A DNA stretch of 52,940 nt from Treponema sp. (GCA_031288495.1 JAITRH010000246.1:1-52940), one strand, 5' to 3'; positions 18,644 to 26,556 are shown, counted from the stretch's first letter. Made by a program: numbers and translations. Notes: generated from the sequence alone by a model not told the origin.

Positions 18644-18712
18644 GAAGGCCTGAAGCTGCCCAGCTTTAAGGCCTGAAGCTGCTTAGCTTTAAGGCCTGAA
18701 GCTGCCCAGATG
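18644..18712. repeat. 23-bp tandem repeat, about 3 units (AAGGCCTGAAGCTGCYYAGCTTT)
   Basis: Read directly: ...aaggcctgaagctgcccagcttt aaggcctgaagctgcttagcttt aaggcctgaagctgcccag.... It lies between repeat copies A and B. Confidence 0.8.
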
Positions 18713-18727
18713 GAAGGTACGAGGTTT

Positions 18728-18919
18728 CCCACGATCAACAAGGTAAGGAATGGTGTCCACCGATTGTGAACTAAGGTTCGACACCGGTTAAGCGGATTGT
18801 TTGGACGAAAAAGCTGGGTAATCCAGGTAATCGGTGTAATCACGGACCTCCGGTCCGGCGGACCAGAGGTCCGTGGAGACCTCTTTTGGTTTCCGGCCCC
18901 TTACCGTGTTGACCGTGGG
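18728..18919 (+). repeat. Structured repeat element, copy B (~190 nt)
   Basis: Near-identical to copy A over most of its length. The closing helix is CCCACGATCAACAAGGTAAGG / CCTTACCGTGTTGACCGTGGG. Mutually exclusive hairpins lie at 18844-18872 and 18866-18883, followed by a T-tract at 18884-18892. Confidence 0.8.
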
Positions 18920-19160
18920 CAGGCGCTCCCCCTCCCTAGCCCTCGGGTCCGCCTCCGCAAAGCCCCTCGCTAAGGAAGGGTCCCGGGGCCCTGTTCCACC
19001 CCGCCCCGGGCGGGGATGTACAGCAAGACCAACACCCCGGAAATAGCGCGGCGCCGCCGGGTATGGCCGGGTCTTTTGTTGGCCAATCCCGTACCGGACC
19101 GGCTCCGGGAATTAGCGGAATGCCTGGGGCTTCCTATGCCATGACCTGCCGCGCGGATCA

Positions 19161-19189
19161 TTGACCCGCTTAGGAAGGAGCAGTATGAT
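19161..19189 (+). promoter_or_regulatory. Sigma-70-type promoter candidate for the Stn-like operon
   Basis: TTGACC-cgcttaggaaggagcag(17)-TATGAT, about 330 nt upstream of the first operon ATG. It overlaps an SD-preceded 43-codon ORF (19185-19316), so only one of the two readings can be right. Confidence 0.35.
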
Positions 19190-19520
19190 AAAGGTATGCC
19201 CAGTTTATATACAACCCGGTTTTACGACAGGCAGTCCGCATCTTTTGCTTCTGAAGGGTCTTATCATCCCCCTGCGCTGGTCCGTGGTCTTGATTTCTAG
19301 GATTTTTTACCGGTAAACCACTCAATATTATGATGTACCTGGGGCATCTTACGATTCCCTCAGGGTCGTTCAGGCCTGCCTAAGCGAATCCGGGTGGCGG
19401 CTGAACTCAAGCCCATAAGGGACTTATTTGTTTCGTCCACAGTATCGGTTTTCTGTGGACACCATAAGGCCGGATGCAGCCGGTTTACAGTCCGGCGGAC
19501 CCGGTCATAAGGAGCGATGT

Positions 19521-20075
19521 ATGCTCTGTAGGAGTACAGACAAACAACATGCCGTTTCTCTCGGAGAACCCTCCGAAACCATACCCGTGCTTATAGAAGC
19601 CCGGGAGATTGTGAGCCTTGTCGGTTCCGCGCCGGAATACGCCATTCCTCTTTTACAGGAAATCCAGCGCCGCCACCGCTACCTTCCCCAAGACCTGGTG
19701 GAAGCGGTATCCCGGGAATCCCAAATTCCCCTTTCCACCCTTTACGGGGTGGCGACCTTCTATGCTCAGTTCCGTTTTAAACCCCAGGGAACCTATCTTA
19801 TCCGGGTCTGTCAGGGAACCGCCTGCCATGTAGGGGGCGCGGCATTGGCCGCTGCGGTGATACGCCAGGAACTGGGCATCCAAGAAGGAGAAACCACCGG
19901 GGACCGCTGTTTTTCCTTGGAATCCGTGGCCTGTCTCGGATGCTGCTCCCTTGCACCGGTCCTCATGATCGGGGAGACCATCTATGCCAAGCTCAGCGTC
20001 GCCAAGATCAAGGCGGTCCTTAAGGAATATCAAGAATCTGCTGCCCCGAAGGAGGCTTCTCATGGCGGTTCCTAA
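19521..20075 (+). CDS. NuoE/HydC-like [2Fe-2S] thioredoxin-fold subunit (StnA-like)
   Basis: VCQGTACHVGGA ... SVACLGCCSLAPVLMI is the NuoE-family four-Cys motif. I moved the start to ATG 19521, which is preceded by AAGGAG; the track ORF began at 19428. Confidence 0.85.
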   Translation: MLCRSTDKQHAVSLGEPSETIPVLIEAREIVSLVGSAPEYAIPLLQEIQRRHRYLPQDLVEAVSRESQIPLSTLYGVATFYAQFRFKPQGTYLIRVCQGTACHVGGAALAAAVIRQELGIQEGETTGDRCFSLESVACLGCCSLAPVLMIGETIYAKLSVAKIKAVLKEYQESAAPKEASHGGS

Positions 20076-21825
20076 ACTCCTTGTGGGCCTTGGTTCCTGC
20101 GGTATCGCGGCAGGGGCCCAAAGGGTATACACCTATTTGCAGGATACCCTGTCCCCTCAGGTAGCCACGGTGGACCTTACCTCCTGTGTGGGTATGTGCT
20201 ATGCAGAGCCTTTGGTAGAGTTCGTCCACGGAAAAGAGCGGGTCCTCTTTGGCCCGGTGGATCAGGCCTTTGCAGCGGAGCTCTGCCGGGACCTCCAGCA
20301 GGGAACCCTCCCCGCCGCGCACCGGGTCCGGGAAACCGGAGAAGGCCGGGCCTACCTTTCCCCACAGGTCAAGGTGGCCCTGCGGAACTGCGGGCGTATC
20401 AATCCTGAAAAGATCCAGGACTACCTGGATGCCGGGGGCTATGAGGCCCTTAAAACCTGCCTTACCCGTTACACCCCGGAAGAGGTCATTGCCCAGATCA
20501 CCGAATCGGCGCTAGCGGGCCGAGGCGGGGGCTTCTTCCCCACCGGCCGCAAGTGGTCCTTTCTCGCCGGCGCCCCGGTAAAAAAGGGGGAGGATAAATA
20601 CCTGGTTTGTAATGCCGATGAAGGAGACCCGGGGGCCTTTATGGACCGGGCCATGATTGAAGGAGATCCCCACGGCCTCTTGGAGGGCATGCTCATTGCC
20701 GCGTATGCCACCGGCGCGCGGTATGGCTACATCTACTGCCGGGCAGAGTATCCCCTGGCCATTAAACGGCTCCGCATCGCCCTGGATGAAGCGCGGGCGT
20801 ACCGGTTCCTGGGAGAACATATCCTGGGTACGGAGTTTTCCTTCGACCTCGGCATCAAGGAAGGAGCCGGGGCCTTTGTCTGCGGGGAAGAAACCGCCCT
20901 CATTGCATCTATCGAGGGACGCCGGGGGATGCCTAGTCTGCGGCCTCCCTTTCCCGCGGAATCAGGGATCCGGGGAAGCCCTACCAACATCAACAACGTA
21001 GAGACCTATGAGAACGTGCCCTTCATCATCAGCCGGGGCCCCGGGGCATTCAACCGGTACCGAAGCGGCAAAACCGTAGGGACTAAGGTCTTTGCCCTTG
21101 CAGGCAAGGTCAAACGGGTGGGCTTGGTGGAAATCCCTGTGGGCATGACGATCCGGGAACTGGTAGAAGGTATCGGCGGCGGCAGTTCCACCGGCAGACC
21201 CCTCAAGGCGGTTCAAATGGGAGGGCCTTCCGGGGGCTGTATTCCTGAGCGGCTTTTTGACATTCCTATCGACGTGGAATCCATCACCGCTACGGGGGCG
21301 ATCATGGGTTCCGGGGGCCTTGTGGTTATGGACGAAAAGACCTGCATGGTGGATGTGGCCCGGTATTTCCTCACCTTCATCCAAAACGAGAGTTGCGGGA
21401 AGTGTACCTTCTGCAGAATCGGGACGAAACGGATGCTGGACATCCTCACCATGTTTACCCGGGGGGAAGGGAGCGAAGAGGACCTGGTGCTATTGGAGGA
21501 CCTGGCAAACCATGTGAAGAAGACCTCCCTCTGCGGCCTCGGGCAACTGGCCCCGAATCCGGTGCTTACCACCCTCCGGTATTTCCGGGAGGAATACGAG
21601 GCCCATAGTAAGGAGAAACGCTGTCCCGCCAAGGTCTGTAAGCCCCTGATCCGATTTAGCATTCAGGAGGAGGCCTGTACCGGGTGCGGGGCTTGTGCCC
21701 GTACTTGTCCGGTTAAGGCGATTTCAGGAGAGAAGAAACGCCCCCATCATCTGGATTCCCTGAGCTGTACCCGTTGCGGTCTGTGCCAGGAAACCTGTAT
21801 GTTCCATGCCATTGAGGTCGAGTAG
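20062..21825 (+). CDS. NuoF/HydB-like NADH- and FMN-binding Fe-S subunit (StnB-like)
   Basis: GRGGGFFPTGRKW (FMN/NADH site), ESCGKCTFCRIG (N3-type cluster) and a C-terminal 2x[4Fe-4S] region CTGCGACARTCP...CTRCGLCQETC. The start is ATG 20062 after GAAGGAGG and overlaps the previous gene by 14 nt. Confidence 0.85.
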   Translation: MAVPKLLVGLGSCGIAAGAQRVYTYLQDTLSPQVATVDLTSCVGMCYAEPLVEFVHGKERVLFGPVDQAFAAELCRDLQQGTLPAAHRVRETGEGRAYLSPQVKVALRNCGRINPEKIQDYLDAGGYEALKTCLTRYTPEEVIAQITESALAGRGGGFFPTGRKWSFLAGAPVKKGEDKYLVCNADEGDPGAFMDRAMIEGDPHGLLEGMLIAAYATGARYGYIYCRAEYPLAIKRLRIALDEARAYRFLGEHILGTEFSFDLGIKEGAGAFVCGEETALIASIEGRRGMPSLRPPFPAESGIRGSPTNINNVETYENVPFIISRGPGAFNRYRSGKTVGTKVFALAGKVKRVGLVEIPVGMTIRELVEGIGGGSSTGRPLKAVQMGGPSGGCIPERLFDIPIDVESITATGAIMGSGGLVVMDEKTCMVDVARYFLTFIQNESCGKCTFCRIGTKRMLDILTMFTRGEGSEEDLVLLEDLANHVKKTSLCGLGQLAPNPVLTTLRYFREEYEAHSKEKRCPAKVCKPLIRFSIQEEACTGCGACARTCPVKAISGEKKRPHHLDSLSCTRCGLCQETCMFHAIEVE

Positions 21826-21834
21826 AGGTACCCC

Positions 21835-23919
21835 ATGTCCTTAGTTACCATAAGCATCAATAACCAAACCCTGCGCGTCGAAGCAGGTTCGAGCATCCTG
21901 CAAGCTGCCCGGCAGGGAGGATTCGATATTCCTACGTTCTGCCATGCAGACCATCTTAAACCCTTTACGAGCTGCTTTATCTGTGTGGTTAAGGTGCACG
22001 GCGGCAGGGACATGCTGGTCCCTGCCTGTTCCACCACGGTACGGGAGGGTATGATCGTTACCGTAGAAGACCCGGAGTTAGACGCTTCTCGTCGCATGTG
22101 TATTGATCTGCTCCTCTCGGATCACTGCGGAGACTGCCAGTCCCCCTGCCAAAGCGCCTGTCCTGCAAACATTGACATCGAGGGCTTTCTAGCCCTGATA
22201 CAGGAGGGAAAGACCGCTGAAGCGGCGCAACGTATCCGGGAACAGGCCCCTTTCCCCGGTATTCTGGGCCGGATCTGTCCCCGGCCCTGTGAAGAGGTCT
22301 GCCGCAGACGGCGGGTGGATGAGCCGATTGCCATTTGCAGCATGAAACGGCACATCGCGGATGCGGAGTTGCAGCAGTTTGGAAGTCCAAAGCTTCCTCC
22401 TCCCGGATCCCTCACGGGGAAACGGGTGGCCATTGTCGGCGCCGGCCCTGCAGGGATGAGCGCAGCCTACTACTTACGCCTCCAGGGTCATGGGGTACAG
22501 GTCTTTGAGCAGCACCCTGCCGGCGGGGGAATGCTCCGCTACGGTATTCCCTACTACCGGCTCCCTGAGGAAGTACTCAAGGCCGAGTTTGACGCAGTAG
22601 CGGATCTTGGGGTGGAACTCCGTTTCGGGGTACGGGTGGGAACCGACCTAGCGGTCAAGGCCCTGGAGCAGGACTTTGACGCCCTGATTTTGGGAATCGG
22701 CGCGCAAGGGGCCGTGCCTCTGGGGATTCCGGGAGCGGAACTTCCCGGGGTTTGGCCGGGGATAGCCTATCTTGAGGCCGTTGCCCAAAGAAACCCTCCT
22801 GAACTGGGAGACCGGGTCGCGGTAATAGGCGGCGGCAATACCGCGATTGACTGCGCCCGGACCGCCCTGAGGGAAGGAAAAGGAAGAACCCAGGTGAGCA
22901 TCCTGTATCGCCGGAGCCGTCATGAGATGCCTGCGGAGGATGCAGAGATTGCCGAGGCCCTGCACGAAGGGGTTAGGATTGAATACCTCACCGCGCCGCA
23001 GGAGATCCTTCGGGAAGGGGACAGGCTTATCCTTACCCTAAGCCGTATGGAACTCACCGCTCAGGATGCTTCGGGCAGGTGCAGCCCTGTACCGGTTCCC
23101 GGGTCGGAGTACCGGGTACGGGTAAGCGCGGTTTTAGCCGCCCTGGGGCAGCAGGTCTTACCGGACCTTGCCCGGGACCTGGGGCTTGAAACCACCCGAA
23201 GCGGGGCGGTTAAGACGGACCCCCGGACGTTTCAGACCGGACGGCCGGGGATATTTGCCTGCGGGGATTGTCAGAGCGGCGCGGATACCGTGGTACGGGC
23301 CGTGGGCAATGGCCGGAAAACCGCATATTCCGTTCATCAGTATCTCTCGGGGCTTCCCCTTACCGGAGAACCGGTCCTGTTTAACTCCTCAATGGGCCCC
23401 TTGGAAGACCTGGATGCCGAACTTTTCGCCGGGTATACGCAGGCAGAACGGGTGCGGATTCCGGTCATCCGCGATGAGGAGCGCCGAACCACGGATAAAG
23501 AGGTGGAGACCGGTGTTGAACCTGCCCTGGCGGTGAAAGAAGCGGCCCGCTGTCTGAGCTGCGGCTGCGATGCCCGGAAGGATTGCAAGCTCCGGCGCTA
23601 CGCCACCCGCTACCAGGGGGATCAGGGCCGGTTCGGGCCGCCGGTTTCCGGGAAGAGGCGGGCCTACAGCCTCGACGAAAGCCACGAAAAGATAAAGATA
23701 GCGGTACATAAGTGCATCAACTGTGGGGCCTGCGTGCGGGCCTGCGCGGAGATTAAAGGCCTTACGGTGCTTACCTATATCAATCGGGGTTTTACAACCC
23801 GTATCCACGTACCCTTTGGCCGTTCTTTGGTAGATACGGCCTGTGACGGCTGCGGCGAGTGTACCAAGGTGTGCCCTACGGCGGGGATCATGCCGCGGCA
23901 GGCAGGAACAGCCCTATAA
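21835..23919 (+). CDS. Fusion of a NuoG/HydA-N-terminal-type [2Fe-2S] domain, a GltD/NfnB-like NADPH-flavin oxidoreductase and C-terminal ferredoxin domains (StnC-like)
   Basis: The N-terminus is ISINNQTLRVEAGSSILQAARQGGFDIPTFCH...CFICVV...ACST. The GltD core has ICPRPCEEVCRR and KRVAIVGAGPAGMSAAYYL...GGMLRYGIPYYRLP. The C-terminus is CINCGACVRAC...CDGCGECTKVCP. No H-cluster motifs are present. Confidence 0.8.
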   Translation: MSLVTISINNQTLRVEAGSSILQAARQGGFDIPTFCHADHLKPFTSCFICVVKVHGGRDMLVPACSTTVREGMIVTVEDPELDASRRMCIDLLLSDHCGDCQSPCQSACPANIDIEGFLALIQEGKTAEAAQRIREQAPFPGILGRICPRPCEEVCRRRRVDEPIAICSMKRHIADAELQQFGSPKLPPPGSLTGKRVAIVGAGPAGMSAAYYLRLQGHGVQVFEQHPAGGGMLRYGIPYYRLPEEVLKAEFDAVADLGVELRFGVRVGTDLAVKALEQDFDALILGIGAQGAVPLGIPGAELPGVWPGIAYLEAVAQRNPPELGDRVAVIGGGNTAIDCARTALREGKGRTQVSILYRRSRHEMPAEDAEIAEALHEGVRIEYLTAPQEILREGDRLILTLSRMELTAQDASGRCSPVPVPGSEYRVRVSAVLAALGQQVLPDLARDLGLETTRSGAVKTDPRTFQTGRPGIFACGDCQSGADTVVRAVGNGRKTAYSVHQYLSGLPLTGEPVLFNSSMGPLEDLDAELFAGYTQAERVRIPVIRDEERRTTDKEVETGVEPALAVKEAARCLSCGCDARKDCKLRRYATRYQGDQGRFGPPVSGKRRAYSLDESHEKIKIAVHKCINCGACVRACAEIKGLTVLTYINRGFTTRIHVPFGRSLVDTACDGCGECTKVCPTAGIMPRQAGTAL

Positions 23920-24122
23920 GTCCCTTCTATGGAATACGGGCTCTTACCGTTCAGGTTCACGAATCATGGGGATGACCGTAAGCGTACCTTTGGTCGCGGG
24001 GTGGACCTTTTTCTCTTGGTCAAAGCTCCGGTATACAGGCTACAGGTGACCCACAACAGTACCGGGGTTCTGAACCGGATTGCCGGGATCCCGGGATGCT
24101 GCGGGTCCCCTTCAGTATAAAG

Positions 24123-24163
24123 GCCGGGGCTTTCCCAAAGCCGAAGGGGTGGAAAGCCCCGGC
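24123..24163. other. 13-bp perfect GC-rich hairpin downstream of the Stn-like operon
   Basis: GCCGGGGCTTTCC (24123-24135), a 15-nt loop, then GGAAAGCCCCGGC (24151-24163). No T-tract on either side. Confidence 0.6.
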
Positions 24164-24300
24164 GCTCTCAAACGAGGGGCCTCTCGGTACCCCATAGCGG
24201 CATAGAGCCTGCACAGGTCCGGCTCGTTCCGCAGGACCAAACCCCTGATCAGGGACGGCCGCGCCCGGTAAGGCAGGGTCCTGCCCGGCATGAGGGAAGG

Positions 24301-24666
24301 CACCGTCAACACGGCAAGGAATGGTATCCACCGGTTGTGGGCTAAAACCCAGCACCGATGAGGCGGGTTTTTTGGACGAACCAGGGATGTAATCCAGGTA
24401 ATCCGATGCTATTTGGTCAAACGGAACCCCCTGGTTCTCCCAATCTTGTACGCTTGGGATGAGGCAGCTTCTTTTCCCCTGTTGCCTCATCCATGCCACG
24501 GTACCATGCACGCCGCCTCAGCAACCGCCGGGCCGGCGGTACCATCCTATCGCCGCCGTGCTCCCGCCGCCTGAGCCTACCGCTTCACGGTCTTCCCGCC
24601 CCATCGCCCTGTTCATGGTCGTCTGTGGACCTCTTTTGTTTCCAGCCGCTTACCGTATTGACGGTG
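24301..24666 (+). repeat. Structured repeat element, copy C (~366 nt, carries an internal insertion)
   Basis: The 5' part (CACCGTCAACACGGCAAGGAATGGTATCCACCGG...GTAATCCAGGTAATCC) and the 3' part (GGACCTCTTTTGTTTCCAGCCGCTTACCGTATTGACGGTG) align to copies A and B. About 170 nt of unrelated GC-rich sequence replaces the central hairpin. Confidence 0.7.
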
Positions 24667-24836
24667 GGAGGCTTCCAGCTATTCCCTCTCTATTCAGCGT
24701 ACGGAAAGATTTTCCCCCTGCTCTACTGCCCGCTGAGCCTTGCGGCGGTCCTCCATGCTCGTCGGTCTTAAGCCCGTGCCCCTCAATCCTCCCTCAGTCC
24801 GGAACGCATCCATTCCCGGCTTAGAGGAGGGCCCAC

Positions 24837-25027
24837 CCCACGGTCAACACCGCAAGGAATGTGGTCCACCGGTTGCGGGTTAAAGCCCGGCACCGGCGAA
24901 GCGGGTTGTTTGGACGAACCAGCGGTGTAATCCAGGTAATCGGTGGAACCCCGGACCTCCGGTCCGGCGGACCAGAGGTCCGAGGGGACCGCTTTTGTTT
25001 TCCAAGCCCTTACCTTATGGACGGTAG
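24837..25027 (+). repeat. Structured repeat element, copy D (~190 nt, diverged)
   Basis: It aligns to A and B along its whole length (…ACGGTCAACACCGCAAGGAATGTGGTCCACCGGTTGCGGGTTAAAGCCCGGCACCGG…GGACCTCCGGTCCGGCGGACCAGAGGTCC…GCTTTTGTTTT…). The closing helix is eroded. It ends about 90 nt before the HD gene. Confidence 0.7.
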
Positions 25028-25117
25028 CCGTCCTACCCATTGCTATGGATTTATCCTGCTCCCTAGACATGCGTAAGGTATACCGTATAGGCTCTTTATG
25101 TATGAGCGCTCACAGGT

Positions 25118-26392
25118 ATGCATGATACGTATGCGGCACTAGAAAAAGGTTTTACCGCCCCTATTCGGGATGTCTTATGGGGGCATATATACCTTACCCC
25201 CGCCCTTGAGGCTTTGACGAAATCCGCGCCTTTTATGCGGCTGCATAGAATTTTCCAATTGGGGCCGGCGTATTGCGTATATCCCGGCGCAACCCATACC
25301 CGGGCAGCGCATTCCCTGGGAGTCTATCATCTGGCCCGCAGGCTGCTACGGAACTTCCTGGAACGAGGCGCCGATGTCTGGACCAGCCCCGGAGGGATCC
25401 GCTCTTTTCTCTGTGCCGCCCTCCTGCATGACCTGGGCCATTTTCCCTATGCCCACTCCCTCAAGGAACTGCCCCTTGAGGACCATGAGGCGCTGACCGG
25501 TACCCGGCTGTTAACCGAGCCCCTTAAAAGCCTCATAGGAGCCGCCGGGGCGGATCCGTATATAACCGCGGCGATTATTAATACCGCGCTTCCCGGGGCC
25601 AAGGAACAGGAACTGCGGTTCTACCGGAAATTGCTCTCCGGGGTCTTGGATCCGGATAAACTGGATTACCTAAACCGGGACGCCCGGTATTGCGGGGTTC
25701 CTTACGGCGCCCAGGATGTGGATTTCATCCTTTCCCGCTTACATCCTCATCCTGAACGGGGGGCGGATATTGATTCCCGGGGTATTCCCAGTGTAGAATC
25801 GGTCCTTTTTTCAAAATACCTGATGTATAAAACCGTTTATTGGCATCCCTCGGTCCGATCCGCTACGGCGATGATTAAAAAGGTGATTCTCCGAGGGCTT
25901 CAGCGTGGGGCCCTCCCCAAGGAGAAACTCTACGATCTGGATGATCAGGGCCTTTTCGCCCTCTTGGCAGCGGATCCCCTCTTTGCCCTGGGCGAGAGGG
26001 TCCGGAATGGCCGCCTTTTTGCGGCGGCCGCTGAATTCCCCTATGATCCGGTATGCCATAAGGAACTCCTCGATATTACCAGTCGTTCCCGGCATGAGGA
26101 AGCAGTAGCCGCGGATCTTTCGGATGCTCTTGGGTTTACGCTCGGGCCGGAAGCGGTGATCATCGATATACCTGAACAAATTACCTTTGAAACCGGTCTG
26201 TATGTACGGGATGAAGGGTGCTATTTTGAGCAGAGTTCCGGTATTTTTAAGGCTGAAACCGTAAAGGCTTTTATCAGATCCTTACAGGTCATACGCATCT
26301 TTATAGATCCGGACCCGGTAAGCGGTTATGCCGGTCATAGATATGCCTCTGTACTCAACGAGATATTGCATGTAAAGAGAAAATGGATATAG
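25118..26392 (+). CDS. HD-domain phosphohydrolase, SAMHD1/dGTPase-like (COG1078-type)
   Basis: THTRAAHSLGVYHLARRL, AALLHDLGHFPYAHS and DKLDYLNRDARYCGVPYG are the HD motif set of dNTP-triphosphohydrolase-like proteins. 424 aa. Confidence 0.75.
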   Translation: MHDTYAALEKGFTAPIRDVLWGHIYLTPALEALTKSAPFMRLHRIFQLGPAYCVYPGATHTRAAHSLGVYHLARRLLRNFLERGADVWTSPGGIRSFLCAALLHDLGHFPYAHSLKELPLEDHEALTGTRLLTEPLKSLIGAAGADPYITAAIINTALPGAKEQELRFYRKLLSGVLDPDKLDYLNRDARYCGVPYGAQDVDFILSRLHPHPERGADIDSRGIPSVESVLFSKYLMYKTVYWHPSVRSATAMIKKVILRGLQRGALPKEKLYDLDDQGLFALLAADPLFALGERVRNGRLFAAAAEFPYDPVCHKELLDITSRSRHEEAVAADLSDALGFTLGPEAVIIDIPEQITFETGLYVRDEGCYFEQSSGIFKAETVKAFIRSLQVIRIFIDPDPVSGYAGHRYASVLNEILHVKRKWI

Positions 26393-26556
26393 TTTATAGA
26401 GAAGAGAGGCTTGCAAAGGTGCACTTTTACCGATTTTACTCTCAAAATAAAAAACGACGCATACGGTTACGTAATAACCGGATTCTCGGTTTGGATAGTA
26501 TAGGTATCTGTACGAAACAAAAGGGGGAAACCCTCAAGACATTGGGGAGTAAAACT

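Noticed and set aside
18380-25027. I considered whether the structured repeats are retron msr/msd RNAs, IscB/TnpB guide (omega/re) RNAs, CRISPR repeats or known riboswitches (cobalamin, TPP, ZTP, guanidine).
   Set aside because: The window has no reverse transcriptase, IscB/TnpB, cas or transposase gene. There is no repeat-spacer periodicity. I could not match any of the riboswitch core consensus sequences I remember. Only a formal Rfam scan can exclude them.
25118-26392. I considered whether the HD-domain dNTPase-like gene is an anti-phage defence gene.
   Set aside because: It is a single gene with housekeeping-like neighbours, and it has no partner defence genes or mobile context. COG1078-type HD proteins are widespread core genes.
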